A stretch of DNA of 59,351 nt, counting the filler, from Barthelona sp. PAP020 (lineage: Eukaryota): NCBI GenBank assembly GCA_040182905.1. It is 5 parts of 5 records of this genome, joined end to end, with 100 filler letters (N's around TTAATTAATTAA, not from the genome) between each part and the next. Parts side by side here need not be neighbours in the genome. Positions count along the whole stretch, not along the records: positions 1 to 11,832 come from JARQWU010000358.1; 4 more parts are not named here. The stretch is one strand, 5' to 3'. The translations under genes and the position numbers were made by a program. Positions 1 to 10,712 of this stretch are shown here, piece after piece; within the stretch, counting starts at the first letter, position 1, and the number at the start of each line of letters is the position of its first letter. Below the pieces are notes generated by a model. The model had not been told where the DNA came from and ran no database searches. It was given only the letters and a program-made list of their open reading frames with translations.

Positions 1-1
1 T

Positions 2-514
2 GCCATCTGGTGAAATTCTTATTCTCCAAATCCAATTGGTGTGATGTTTTTCTTCCAAAACAACATTGCCACTATTTATGTCCCACTTTTTAACCTTATA
101 TTCGTTATCCCCAGAATATAAATAATTTGAACAATTGGAAAAACAAACTCCATATGTGCCAGTACTATTGGTTAACCTTTTAAAAACAGAGAAATCTGAA
201 ACATTGTAAATGACAATAGAAAAGTCACTAGAACACGTTGCAAACTTTTCTCCATCTGGTGAAAATGCAACATCATCGACAGTAGATTGATCTGTCAAAG
301 TACACTTCACTTCTTGAGTTTCTGAATCCAATACCACAGTTTTACTGTTATCAGTACAAATAACGAAAAATTTCCCATCAAGTGAATATTCACATGCATA
401 CATATTCCCAGTAAGTCTATCTCTAATTTCTTTAACAGAATTTTCGTCTATTGTCAAAGAAAACATATCACGAATAGTTTTTCCTATTGATTCGACACTA
501 AGCTCATCAGACAT
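2..514 (-). CDS. WD40-repeat protein, N-terminal part (runs off window edge); paralog of 21651..22868
   Basis: Not in ORF track. Manual translation from ATG at 514 gives MSDELSVESIGKTIRDMFSLTIDENSVKEIRDRLTGNVYACEYSLDGKFF...VDDVAFSPDGEKFATCSSDFSIVIY...KVKKWDINSGNVV...WIWRIRISPDG, colinear with the 405-aa WD40 protein. Confidence 0.9.
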   Translation of the reverse strand, partial: MSDELSVESIGKTIRDMFSLTIDENSVKEIRDRLTGNMYACEYSLDGKFFVICTDNSKTVVLDSETQEVKCTLTDQSTVDDVAFSPDGEKFATCSSDFSIVIYNVSDFSVFKRLTNSTGTYGVCFSNCSNYLYSGDNEYKVKKWDINSGNVVLEEKHHTNWIWRIRISPDG

Positions 515-915
515 TTGGATTGATAAAAAAAAAAAATATTATTTGGTCTCATCAAATAAGTTTTCATTTACGTTTATAAACGCCCTGATAATCGCGACAG
601 AGAGAGATAATCACATACGTAGACAAAGTTTCCAGCATTGGAAGTGATCGGTAATAATTGTTTTCGCGGTAAAGTGAAAAGGATTTACATAAGTATTATT
701 TTCTGCTCTATACAGCAAGCCCACATACTAAGATTACGTATTTTTTTTTTTTTTAAAAGAAGACTACCCTTCGACATCAATTACGCTCAAGACGAAATCG
801 ATCACCCCAATAAAATCCCAAACTCTCAGAAACAAAGTCTATAAACAAAAAAAAAGGTAAAAAATGAAAAAAAGATAATTCTCAACATGAAATCAAAACA
901 AAAGTTTATTCAAAA

Positions 916-1848
916 TCACTTTTTATATGTATATAACAGTTTTAAAATATTTGTTAAATTGCTCAAACTTTTTGGTAACTGAAAATTAGAACAAATTTGA
1001 TTTAAATCAGGTTTTGAACAATCAGTAAACTTTTGTTTTATTTGAAAACTAATTTGTTTAACAAGTTCAATAATATTGGTCATATCATTATCATTGGAAG
1101 AAAGTATTGAAAAAAGCCCTGCATTTTCCAGATCTTCAATTGTTTCTTCTAAATTGTTTTCTTCAATGGGAAAATGTGCAATATGTAATATATATAACAT
1201 GATAATAATGGTTTTTTGATTCACATCAAGAATTGAAGATTTGACATATCCAAACCCTTGAAAAATTGAACGCTGCAATCCGGACTTGTAATTTTGTTTG
1301 CTGAAAGATTTAGCAATTGATAATCTGTAAATAAAAAAATTTTCTGATCTTAACAACAGCAAAGGTAGGTCAAAATTCTCTTTTTGATAATCAATTTGAA
1401 ATTCCATCAATTTTTCCTCAATTTTTTCCCAAGATAGATCAAATATAGCTTTAATACCTGTATCTTCCAAATCAAATCCAAGTTCATCAAATTTTGCATA
1501 AGATAAAAACAATAACAATTGTTCGAAGGATTCAGATCGTATAATTTGAAGTTGTTTTAAAATAATTCCCATAAAATACCTCTTACTTTTTGATTTTAAT
1601 TGAGACAAAGGAATAAGTGCCAAAATCCTTTCTTGAAGAATCTCATCATTCAAACAATATAAATTTGTAACAACATCAGGGTCAAATTGAATTATAATAT
1701 CATAAAAAATATTATCATTGGGCAAAATTAAATTGAAATAGTTGTCCAAAAGTCGCTCAAATATTTCTTTTGGTGGTTTTGGCCAATATTTAAACATAAA
1801 CTGAGTATTAATTGTTTGTAGAGCTTCAATAATCGCTTCAGAAGCCAT
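916..1848 (-). CDS. hypothetical protein
   Basis: Long ORF in AT-rich DNA. First ATG (MASEAII) at 1848, as the track start is TTG. No motif recognised. Confidence 0.75.
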   Translation of the reverse strand: MASEAIIEALQTINTQFMFKYWPKPPKEIFERLLDNYFNLILPNDNIFYDIIIQFDPDVVTNLYCLNDEILQERILALIPLSQLKSKSKRYFMGIILKQLQIIRSESFEQLLLFLSYAKFDELGFDLEDTGIKAIFDLSWEKIEEKLMEFQIDYQKENFDLPLLLLRSENFFIYRLSIAKSFSKQNYKSGLQRSIFQGFGYVKSSILDVNQKTIIIMLYILHIAHFPIEENNLEETIEDLENAGLFSILSSNDNDMTNIIELVKQISFQIKQKFTDCSKPDLNQICSNFQLPKSLSNLTNILKLLYTYKK

Positions 1849-2108
1849 TATAGGAATATTTCTCAAACAAAAAGAATGGAATGATAGAATCCTATTCCCA
1901 TTTTTCTGTTCTCTTCAGGTTTAAAAAACAATTCAATATCAGGTAACAAGTATAAATTGATTTACTTGGAAAATTCCTTTTGATGAAAAGTTGAACTTTC
2001 CCTTTTTCACTCAAAATTAAAATGACAAAAGAAAAAAAAAATCATTTATTGTTCACCCAAAAAGAAAAAAAAAAGAAGAAAGAAAGAAAAATCAAAGGAA
2101 AAATTTTG

Positions 2109-2723
2109 CTAATAGTCTTCATCTGTCTCAGAATTTTCGGAATCACATTCATTCCACATGATATGTAAAACTTTCAACTCATCATCAGAAAAAGTAGATG
2201 TTTTGGCTTTCCATGTTTTTTGATTATGGACAGTGATTGTTGGTTCTACCACACATATGGATGTTGGAAATGACAAAGGTGTTGGGGGCAAGACATATGA
2301 TGTGTTTGAATGGGTGGATATCTCATCGTTTGTTTGATTACAAAAGAGATTGAAGGATTCAAAATTATTAATGAGGTCACCCTCCTCACAAACAAACAAA
2401 CCATCTAATTGAGTCTCATCATCATTTTCAGGGGAGGTATCATCATTTTCTTTTGATAACAAAGAGTCAAATTGATCAAATTGGGAAACAAATTGACCCT
2501 CATAGGAATTTGGCATAGATTTTAAAGATTGGCTGCTAGGTCTGATAGTTGAACAAGATAACAAAGGAGTTGGGGTTCGAACAAAATTTAAGATAATGCC
2601 ATCGCATAGAGGGTAAAATTCATCACTCAAAAAGAAATAATCATCAAAAAGATAATCTGTTTTTGGATTGAAGAAGCCAGCATTGAAATCAAAATCAAAT
2701 AATTCAAGTGAGTTATTATTCAT
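2109..2723 (-). CDS. hypothetical acidic, Ser/Phe-rich protein
   Basis: 204-aa ATG-initiated ORF with low-complexity acidic composition. Confidence 0.65.
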   Translation of the reverse strand: MNNNSLELFDFDFNAGFFNPKTDYLFDDYFFLSDEFYPLCDGIILNFVRTPTPLLSCSTIRPSSQSLKSMPNSYEGQFVSQFDQFDSLLSKENDDTSPENDDETQLDGLFVCEEGDLINNFESFNLFCNQTNDEISTHSNTSYVLPPTPLSFPTSICVVEPTITVHNQKTWKAKTSTFSDDELKVLHIMWNECDSENSETDEDY

Positions 2724-3069
2724 AACAATAACCTCTAATGATTTAAATTACACCAGAAGCTGAATAAAAACAGATGAAACAGCTTTTACTGTAAACTTAG
2801 ACATTTATGACATCACATCATTGACAGTTATCATTTCAAAAGTTTACTGATATAATACAGCTACATAAATGAAATGATATCAACAAATGACTTTGCAAAA
2901 GAACAAAAAAGAACAAAACAATATTAATAAAGTATGTAAAACGTCTAAAATGTGTTTTGGGTACCAATGTTTAACCTAAATCTTTGAAATAGACACTATT
3001 TACCTTATTCATGAAGAATTAGATTTATTCTTTTCAAATAGAAATTTTTTTTTTAGATATTTGAATGCA

Positions 3070-4407
3070 ATGCTTCCAGATCCTGTACAAAATTTAAATT
3101 TTAATAATTATAATGATAATTCAAAAGGAAAATTGCCTCAATTGCCTTTATTTGATTCATATATGGAATATTCTGCTCAGAATATTGAATCCGACATCAA
3201 AGATTCATCGATTCAAATGAATTCTTTGAAAAGATCTTTAGCATTGGAGAAAGAAAATAATGAAATTTTATTGAAAAAATTGAATTCTCCATTATATTCT
3301 TCAAAGGAATATACTGCTCTAATGGGATCTAAAGAAAAGGAAATATTTGATTTACAGAAAGAGTTAGATGAAGTTTATGCATTTTTGGACAACAATCAAC
3401 CACAACTATCAACTTCTGAAAAAATTGTGTTATCTTCTCCATTGCAAAGACAACAACAATTAAAGGACAATGATATGTTATATTCCGATTACCATCAGAT
3501 TGTTGACAATTTTGAAGAAAGAAATAATTTAGAAACAAGATATTCAAGTCCAAATTTGAAAAGCAACAAAATAAGCTCTCAAAAGAACAAGAACAATGAA
3601 ATGATGGTGGAGGACTTAATGAATCAAATAGATACCTTAAATCAACAAATAGAAAAGTATGAAGAAACGGTTGAAGAATTAAACTCAATTAATAGACATC
3701 TAACAGACGAATTGACCAATATGAGTAGTTACACAAATAATATCAGTAATAAGTTGAAAAAAGTGGAGAGAGAAAAATCAGATTTGATAAATCAGTTAGA
3801 GATTGAAAAGAATTTGGTTGAAGAGTTAAGAGAGAGTATATCTGATATAGATGATATGAAAACTCAATCAATGCAATTGAAGGATGAATGTCTTGAAATT
3901 TCTTCGAATTTTCAGAAAATTGAAAATGATAACGAGAATTTGCTGAGCAATGTTGAATTTTTAAAAACCAAAAATTTTGACTCAAACACTCAATTATCCC
4001 AATTGCGAGTGGAAAAAAAAGTTTTAGTTGACAATGTTGACCGTTTAGAAAAGGAATTGGAAAATTCTAGAAATATTCACAAAGAACAGTTAATTCGTTT
4101 GAATGAAAAACTTGGGTCAAAAGAAGAGCAACTTCAAAGATACATGATCGAAGTTCAAAACCATTCAGCCGAACTTTTTGAGTGTAAAGTCGAATTTGAA
4201 AAGGAAAAGATGCAAAACTTGGTTATTGATAAGTTAAAAGCCGAAAATATAGCCTTAAAAGAACAACATGAGAATTGTATTGCTGAAATTTTATCAAATA
4301 AGAAAGCATTAGATCAGAAACATATTCTTTTAGAAGAAAAAGAATACACAATTGAACAATTGAAAAAATTAGTGGCACAATTCAAGAAATTTAACAATAA
4401 CTCTTGA
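3070..4407 (+). CDS. long coiled-coil protein
   Basis: E/K/L/N-rich heptad pattern over most of its length. First ATG at 3070. Confidence 0.8.
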   Translation: MLPDPVQNLNFNNYNDNSKGKLPQLPLFDSYMEYSAQNIESDIKDSSIQMNSLKRSLALEKENNEILLKKLNSPLYSSKEYTALMGSKEKEIFDLQKELDEVYAFLDNNQPQLSTSEKIVLSSPLQRQQQLKDNDMLYSDYHQIVDNFEERNNLETRYSSPNLKSNKISSQKNKNNEMMVEDLMNQIDTLNQQIEKYEETVEELNSINRHLTDELTNMSSYTNNISNKLKKVEREKSDLINQLEIEKNLVEELRESISDIDDMKTQSMQLKDECLEISSNFQKIENDNENLLSNVEFLKTKNFDSNTQLSQLRVEKKVLVDNVDRLEKELENSRNIHKEQLIRLNEKLGSKEEQLQRYMIEVQNHSAELFECKVEFEKEKMQNLVIDKLKAENIALKEQHENCIAEILSNKKALDQKHILLEEKEYTIEQLKKLVAQFKKFNNNS

Positions 4408-4976
4408 AATATGCATGATGAACACAAAAAAACATTTTATCATTCTTTCTTTTCACAATCTAAGACGAAAAAAATAATATTTTGTTGGTAATTTTCAGTA
4501 AAAAGTTCTAACAACAATAAATTATGCTTATTTTCTCTTAATCGCAATACTTGTTATGTTTTTGATTTGTTCAACAACACATTGTAAAAGAATACCCATA
4601 CCCTCTATTAGCCAAAGAAAATATTAATCTTAAAAATAAAATAAACAATGGTTCTCAAAGATAAATGAAGATTTGTATTTGTTCTTGTTTTTAAATTTCA
4701 TTGCTGCTAACCTCAAATGTTGAAAGTTTAGGAAAAGTTTCTAACAAAGGGTGAAAAAGAGTTATAATTTTATCTGTTTTCAGTGTCAAAACAATCAAAG
4801 AATACAAATTCATTGTCAAATCAGACAATATTATAAAGTCAACAAAAATTGACACATTGGAATAAACAATATAGTTAAATCAACTGTTTTATTCCATAAC
4901 AACGCTCATATCAATTACAAAAACAATTTTTCCCAACCAATTTTATTTTTCCTATTTTTTTTTCGAAAAGAAACGA

Positions 4977-5531
4977 ATGGTAAGGATCAATTTGGATAAG
5001 ATCTTGCCTTTATTTAATTTACAATCAAAGAAAGCTTTGAGTGACATCTTTTTGCAAATATTTTTAGACAGAGAATTAGATGATTCCACTTTTTGTTCTG
5101 AAGATTTAATTTTACAATTAAATTGTTCTTATGAGGCTTGTGTAGCTTTAAGAAATGAAATAATTAATTTTTGTACATATTTGTTAAAAAATCATATTTT
5201 GGAATATGAAGATATAGCACAATTATTTCAATCAGATGCTGATCCAAAAATGGTCAATATATTATCAAAAATGTTTATTAAGAACTATTCAAAATTAAGA
5301 GAGAGTTTTTTATCCTTTCAACCTCATTTACCCTTGTTACAATCAGTAGATTATGATATTCACGTTTTAACCGGTTCATCATCTTTATCCAGAATGTTTT
5401 TACCAATGGCCAATGTTACTTTGCATACCGACAAAGAACCTATTAGTTTAGAATTAACATCAAGTGCCCTGAATACATTAATTGAAGATTTTCAAGCCAT
5501 CAATAAGCAATTAAGAAAACTTGTCTCATAA
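4977..5531 (+). CDS. COMMD9: COMM-domain protein, COMMD9-like (Commander/CCC complex)
   Basis: C-terminal LPLLQSVDYDIHVLTGSSSLSRMFLP...ISLELTSSALNTLIEDFQAINKQL parallels the COMMD9 pattern LPRLVDLDWRVDIKTSSDSISRMAVP...VELSKETLDTML...IRDQL. Size 184 aa is typical. Confidence 0.7.
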   Translation: MVRINLDKILPLFNLQSKKALSDIFLQIFLDRELDDSTFCSEDLILQLNCSYEACVALRNEIINFCTYLLKNHILEYEDIAQLFQSDADPKMVNILSKMFIKNYSKLRESFLSFQPHLPLLQSVDYDIHVLTGSSSLSRMFLPMANVTLHTDKEPISLELTSSALNTLIEDFQAINKQLRKLVS

Positions 5532-5773
5532 ACTGTGTAATCATTCAATAATGTATGATATATTTTGTTTTTATGTATTATCATTTATTAAAACATGTAA
5601 GAAATTTTTTCAAAATTTCTTTGAATTTCGTGAAGTTAAAAGAACCATCGTTGAAAAATACCATTGATAAATCAAACAGCCTTTATTATTCAAAAGAAAA
5701 ATAGATTTTTCTGTTATGTAATAGTTACAAAAATAGATTTTCATTTTAAAATAATCTTTTACAAGACTTGAAA

Positions 5774-6988
5774 ATGGGCTGTTTATGTTCAGGACCTTTT
5801 GAAAGAATTGATTTAACACAATATCCCTGGAATAATCCTGATCAAGATTCCGTTGTAGACAAAGTTGTTGATATTTTCAAGGTTTCTACAGGTTTAGTTG
5901 AAGTTTTGGCAAATATTATTGCTTTACCATTGCCTGAAAGTTTAAAAGGAGTAATACAAGATATTATTGGAGAAACAAAAAAAGTTTCTGCTCTAAAATT
6001 TATTAAAGATGACAGAAAGGAATTTATACGAATTGGTAGGTTATTAGAACATCAAGAAAATTTATTTCCTGCTGGATATCGTTATGATGAAAAGATGGTA
6101 AGCATTTTTGGAGAATTTAAAATTACTTTCCCAAAAGAATGTGTACAAATAACCAATAGTTTAACTTCTTTTAATAATGTAGAGTTGAGTCAGTTGACCA
6201 TTATTTCAAATCCTCGATTATATTCTGATGAAATTGCTTTGGACGTTTTGACTCAATTGGTGAAATACGGTTTTAGAGCGTACAAGAATGGACTTTTATT
6301 ATTAAAACCAGATAGTCATTGTGCTGCTGCTGTATATTATGATATGGTTACAAGTAAGTTTTGTATTCACTTCCGTGATACTGCTGGTGGTTCTCCTTGG
6401 GAAGAAGGTATTGCTAAGGATAATTGGACGATGAATATTGCTCAAGCAATGGGGATCTTTCCACAAATGTATGTTGATGGTGACTTTTTGGTTTATCAAT
6501 TTTGCCGTCTATTCGGTAAGGACCGGATAAATTTGTGCGGCTATTCGCTTGGTGGGGGTTTGGTGACATATTTGTGTCTGAAATATGACATTAAAACATA
6601 TGCTGTAAACCCTTCATCATTATCCAAATGGACTTTTTTAACACTTCAAGATGATTGGAAAGAAGTTTCAGAAAAACAACTTACCATTATCTCAGCTTGC
6701 AATGACATTTTAAGTCAAGTTGTTGAAAATGAAGATGAAGGATTAACTCCTACTTTAAGACCAACAAACGCTACTGAAATCATCATCCAGTTCAAGGACA
6801 TTGATCCTGATGAAGGAAATTTACCGAAATTTTTCAATTTGTTTGGGGTACAAGAAACTGCCGTTGAAGAACACGATCTAAAACGTTTAATTATTGGATG
6901 GCGAGATGTTTTAGGCGGCAAAGTCACATATTCATCGTACAATTCGACGTTGGAAGTGATGGATTTTACCCCTCGTGATACCTATTGA
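5774..6988 (+). CDS. alpha/beta-hydrolase (lipase class 3-like) with predicted N-myristoylation/palmitoylation
   Basis: Nucleophile elbow GYSLGG, oxyanion-like IHFRDT, candidate Asp (NDILS) and His (EEHDL). ATG at 5774 gives MGCLCS. Confidence 0.75.
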   Translation: MGCLCSGPFERIDLTQYPWNNPDQDSVVDKVVDIFKVSTGLVEVLANIIALPLPESLKGVIQDIIGETKKVSALKFIKDDRKEFIRIGRLLEHQENLFPAGYRYDEKMVSIFGEFKITFPKECVQITNSLTSFNNVELSQLTIISNPRLYSDEIALDVLTQLVKYGFRAYKNGLLLLKPDSHCAAAVYYDMVTSKFCIHFRDTAGGSPWEEGIAKDNWTMNIAQAMGIFPQMYVDGDFLVYQFCRLFGKDRINLCGYSLGGGLVTYLCLKYDIKTYAVNPSSLSKWTFLTLQDDWKEVSEKQLTIISACNDILSQVVENEDEGLTPTLRPTNATEIIIQFKDIDPDEGNLPKFFNLFGVQETAVEEHDLKRLIIGWRDVLGGKVTYSSYNSTLEVMDFTPRDTY

Positions 6989-7167
6989 TTGCGTTTACAT
7001 ATTAACAATTAATTTTAAGTAAACCAACAAAAAGCTGTAAATAGAAAAATAGAAAAAAGGAAAAAAAAAATTTTTTTTTTTATGTGTGATGTGGAGTAAA
7101 TGGAACTAGGCATTGAGGGAACTTTGAAGATTAAAAGTGAGGTGATACTTAACAAACTAAAATTGAA

Positions 7168-9072
7168 TTACATTTTTCTTCGCAAAATACGAGGAACAAA
7201 AGCCAACTTATCCAACTCATTGGAACTTTTTTCTTGACCTTTAACATTGTGAAACTTTCGCTGTCTTTTTTTGATCTTTTGTTTTCCTGGTCTCTTTTCA
7301 TAAATTCTTTGATTCAAATCGGGTAAATTCTTATCACTAAGCACCACCTTTATTTTTTTTTCATTTATAAAAATCTCATCTTTCAACAGAATTGAAGCTT
7401 GTTCTGCAGTCTTTACTTGTAGATAGATATAGCCTTTAAATTTGTTATCTTTTCTGACAAAATAACTGGCTTCAATATGACAATGTTGTCCTAAGTCTCT
7501 AATTAGATCCCGATGAATTGTGTTAAAAGGAACATTTTTAAGAAATACTACACGGTTTTCATCTAATGGAGTTTTCAACAGAGCTTGTGATGGAGTTTCT
7601 TTGATGTTTGGGACTTGATTATTTTCTATTTCAATTACATCCTTAACATGTTCTTGCTGTTCCTTAAGAACATCTGCTACTTGTTCTTTAAGAGATTCAA
7701 GAGGCCCATCATCATCATTTTCTTCTTCTTCTTCTTCTTCTTCTTTTTCTTCAAAAGATTCTTTGTGTTCTTCAATAAGTGGGGCTCTCTTTACAGGCTC
7801 TTCTTTGTCTAACCAAAAGAACAGTTTATATCTGTCAAGATCTCTTGCATCCACTTGGACTTCAAAATCATCTTTATCATCCTCCAATTGACGTAAATCT
7901 GCATAATCTGCAATATTACCAATATTTCCCATGTCATTAACACATTTTCTGAAATTTTTCAAGAGTAATTTCATGTCCAATTTTCCTTCAGCGATAATGA
8001 ATGACAATAAACAAAATCGTTGAATTTTTGGAAATCTGTTTATAAAAGCACTGAAATTTTCAGCAGATAACTTGAGATACAGATGTTTAGCTAGAATAAA
8101 AGCCAAAGGATGTTTATAATCAAATGATTTAACAAAATTTTGTTGATCAAATGTTTCATCTGTCACTTCAACAAAACATAATTTTATCCAAATGGGAATG
8201 TTCAAAATACGATTAAAAAACGTTGTAATTTCATCAAAAGAATATTGTTGCTTCAGTAAATCCATAAAATATACTAATATCCAACGGTTATAATCATCTT
8301 TTAGACTTGAAAATATCCTGTCTAAAGATTCTTTCTCAAGTATACAATTCTCAACATAGCTTACTGTTATATCAAAATTCTTAGTGTTTTCTAAATAAAT
8401 AGCATATAAAAAATATGTTACATTACACAAATTACAACTTTTTATGAGTTTTTCGAACAATTGATATGCTGAAATTTTTTGATCTGCATCCAGTTCAAAT
8501 AGAATTCTACACAAAAATTGTAAATAATAATTGATATTAACGTCATTTTGTGAACTTTTTATACTTGAAACTTTCTTCAAAAAATTCATACATTCTCTTG
8601 GATTGGACAATTTCATTTCAAATTCTTGATATATTTCATTATACTCATTATATCTTATTTTATCAAATTGTATGATATCATAAGGATATAAAGTTTCAAA
8701 AAGATAATGATATTTGGAAAGAACATCACAAAATTGTTTTTCAGTCAAAACAATCATACTTCCTCTTATAATTTCCAAAATTTCAGTTATTATCAGTTCA
8801 AATTTTACATCAGAAACCGTTAGATCTCTATTGAATAAAATATTTATAATTCTTAATGTCAAATTAATTATATTATAATTTGATTCATCAATTTGATTAA
8901 AAGAAGAATTTAATAAAATAATTTCCACTGTTTCAAATAGTTTTAAAGTATCAAAACCATAGTTTTCCTCAAGTCTTTCGATAATTTTTTCTAAAAACAC
9001 AACACATTTCTCACTGTCAATTGATGTACATAAAATTAAATTGTTAAAATCATCATTAAATGAGCTTAACAT
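7168..9072 (-). CDS. helical-repeat + RRM protein (possible divergent SART3/Prp24)
   Basis: RNP2-like VFLKNVP and RNP1-like KGYIYLQV near the C-terminus, after an acidic linker and a long helical N-terminal region. The RRM is confident; SART3 identity is tentative. Confidence 0.7.
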   Translation of the reverse strand: MLSSFNDDFNNLILCTSIDSEKCVVFLEKIIERLEENYGFDTLKLFETVEIILLNSSFNQIDESNYNIINLTLRIINILFNRDLTVSDVKFELIITEILEIIRGSMIVLTEKQFCDVLSKYHYLFETLYPYDIIQFDKIRYNEYNEIYQEFEMKLSNPRECMNFLKKVSSIKSSQNDVNINYYLQFLCRILFELDADQKISAYQLFEKLIKSCNLCNVTYFLYAIYLENTKNFDITVSYVENCILEKESLDRIFSSLKDDYNRWILVYFMDLLKQQYSFDEITTFFNRILNIPIWIKLCFVEVTDETFDQQNFVKSFDYKHPLAFILAKHLYLKLSAENFSAFINRFPKIQRFCLLSFIIAEGKLDMKLLLKNFRKCVNDMGNIGNIADYADLRQLEDDKDDFEVQVDARDLDRYKLFFWLDKEEPVKRAPLIEEHKESFEEKEEEEEEEENDDDGPLESLKEQVADVLKEQQEHVKDVIEIENNQVPNIKETPSQALLKTPLDENRVVFLKNVPFNTIHRDLIRDLGQHCHIEASYFVRKDNKFKGYIYLQVKTAEQASILLKDEIFINEKKIKVVLSDKNLPDLNQRIYEKRPGKQKIKKRQRKFHNVKGQEKSSNELDKLAFVPRILRRKM

Positions 9073-9129
9073 CAATAAAAAATTATACAAAAATTATTCT
9101 TTGTTTTACATCATTTTATTTCTTTTTCC

Positions 9130-10626
9130 ATGTCAATCTCTCCATCTTTACGTCAATCAACCATTGAGAGTTTTGCAAGAACAAAAAATAGCGAAATTGT
9201 TCAATCAACTGTTGATACTGAAGCTGAAATAAAAGCTCAACTACAAAGTAATGATCGTTTAATATATGAGACTTTGGAAAGTATTGGTTTGGATAATAAT
9301 GGTTTTAATAACAATGTCAACAAAACGCCATTATTTTCTTCACAAATAAATAATAATATTAATTCTACACTTCGTAAATCTCCTATGATGAATCAAACTG
9401 CAACAAATTCTTCTCATACACCTTTAGATTCCATCAAATTTACACCCAATAGAATCATTCCAAATCTTAATCAAACGAATCCATCCGAACAAAGTCAACA
9501 AACATCATACACAGCTGAACCATTTTATCCCACTCAAAGAAATCTCAATGTGTCTGAGGCTGTACATTTGGAAACTTCATTCTTAGATCGACTACAAGAT
9601 CAACATAAATCACGATTAATTGAAGCTATCCAAAGTTACACCCAAATTATTGAAGAAAAGGATAAAGAAATTGAGAAATTATCTGAATTGTTGAATGAGA
9701 ATACAACTACGTCTACCTCCAGAGAAAGTGAAATAAAGGAGGAACTTCATAATTTAAGAGTTTTACAAGCGAAACAATTGCAAGATCAATCAGAATCTTT
9801 TGAAGAAGAGCGTCTTCAGCATAAAGAATTGATTCGTTCACTTGAAGACAGATATGAACGTGAAAAGCAAGTGATTGCAGAAAACTATGCCCGGGAGTTG
9901 GAAGATCTTCGTTTGGAAATGCAAGCAACCATTCAAAACATGGAAAATACAAAAATTTATGCCTTAGAACAACAAGCAAGAAAATTACTTGATGCTGATC
10001 AAAAGTGGCAAGATACTGTACATGATTTACGTGAAAACCATAAGCTGGAGATCAACCGTTTGAGAGATGTTATCAAGAATGAATCAGATAAACTTCAAGA
10101 TTCCCGTAATGAAGTATGCAATATTACCTTAGAGAAGGGAAATGAACTCATATCATATAAATCAAAGGTTGGTGACCTTCAAAGACAACTTGATTTTAAC
10201 AACAGAGAACATTTGGAAAAACTTAAAGAATTATCAAAGATGATACAGGAAAAAGAAAATGAATGGAGATTAGCTTCATCTAAGATCATTAATCAATTGG
10301 AACATGAACGAAACACAAATAATACAACAATAAAAAGTTTAACTAATCGGATAAAGTCTCTAGAAATGGCGTTAAAAACCAAGAGTGAAGAATATAAGAG
10401 AAAACAAAGAGAAGATAACATGAAATTGAATCAATATTCTCAAAAAATCATTGAAACCGAACAATTAAATAATCATTTGAATAAATTATTAAGTGAAAAT
10501 GGGATTGCAAAGGAAGAAATAAGTTTTTTGGAACAAGAAAGATTCAGATTAACAAGAGAACTCAATTCTTTAAGAGCTACTGTGTCTCACAATGATGCTT
10601 TTATATATGGAACAAAAAATATTTAA
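9130..10626 (+). CDS. coiled-coil protein with disordered S/T/N/P-rich N-terminus
   Basis: 498-aa ORF with heptad-rich E/K/Q/L C-terminal two thirds. Confidence 0.8.
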   Translation: MSISPSLRQSTIESFARTKNSEIVQSTVDTEAEIKAQLQSNDRLIYETLESIGLDNNGFNNNVNKTPLFSSQINNNINSTLRKSPMMNQTATNSSHTPLDSIKFTPNRIIPNLNQTNPSEQSQQTSYTAEPFYPTQRNLNVSEAVHLETSFLDRLQDQHKSRLIEAIQSYTQIIEEKDKEIEKLSELLNENTTTSTSRESEIKEELHNLRVLQAKQLQDQSESFEEERLQHKELIRSLEDRYEREKQVIAENYARELEDLRLEMQATIQNMENTKIYALEQQARKLLDADQKWQDTVHDLRENHKLEINRLRDVIKNESDKLQDSRNEVCNITLEKGNELISYKSKVGDLQRQLDFNNREHLEKLKELSKMIQEKENEWRLASSKIINQLEHERNTNNTTIKSLTNRIKSLEMALKTKSEEYKRKQREDNMKLNQYSQKIIETEQLNNHLNKLLSENGIAKEEISFLEQERFRLTRELNSLRATVSHNDAFIYGTKNI

Positions 10627-10712
10627 TTATGAACAATCCTTTGTATTTATAAAATTCTTGAATGAAAAACTTTGTTTTTTTTTTGTTTTTTTCGTTTATT
10701 ATAATTGATTCA

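Noticed and set aside
595..625. ACAGAGA box suggesting U6 snRNA
   Set aside because: Followed by GAGATAATC rather than AGATTAGC; the catalytic AGC triad and ISL are absent.
1849..2030. Possible upstream exon for the 916..1848 gene (GTAAAT...AG)
   Set aside because: The spliced frame hits TGA before any ATG, and no CTAAY branch motif is present.
2150..2220. KAKTSTFSDDELKVLHIMWNE resembling homeodomain helix 1
   Set aside because: No helix 3 (WF.N.R) follows before the stop and no splice route to one was found.
4780..4860. Recurrent TGACA/TGTCA in intergenic regions (TALE-homeodomain-like promoter motif)
   Set aside because: A hand count suggests only weak excess over chance and no fixed distance to start codons; needs genome-wide statistics.
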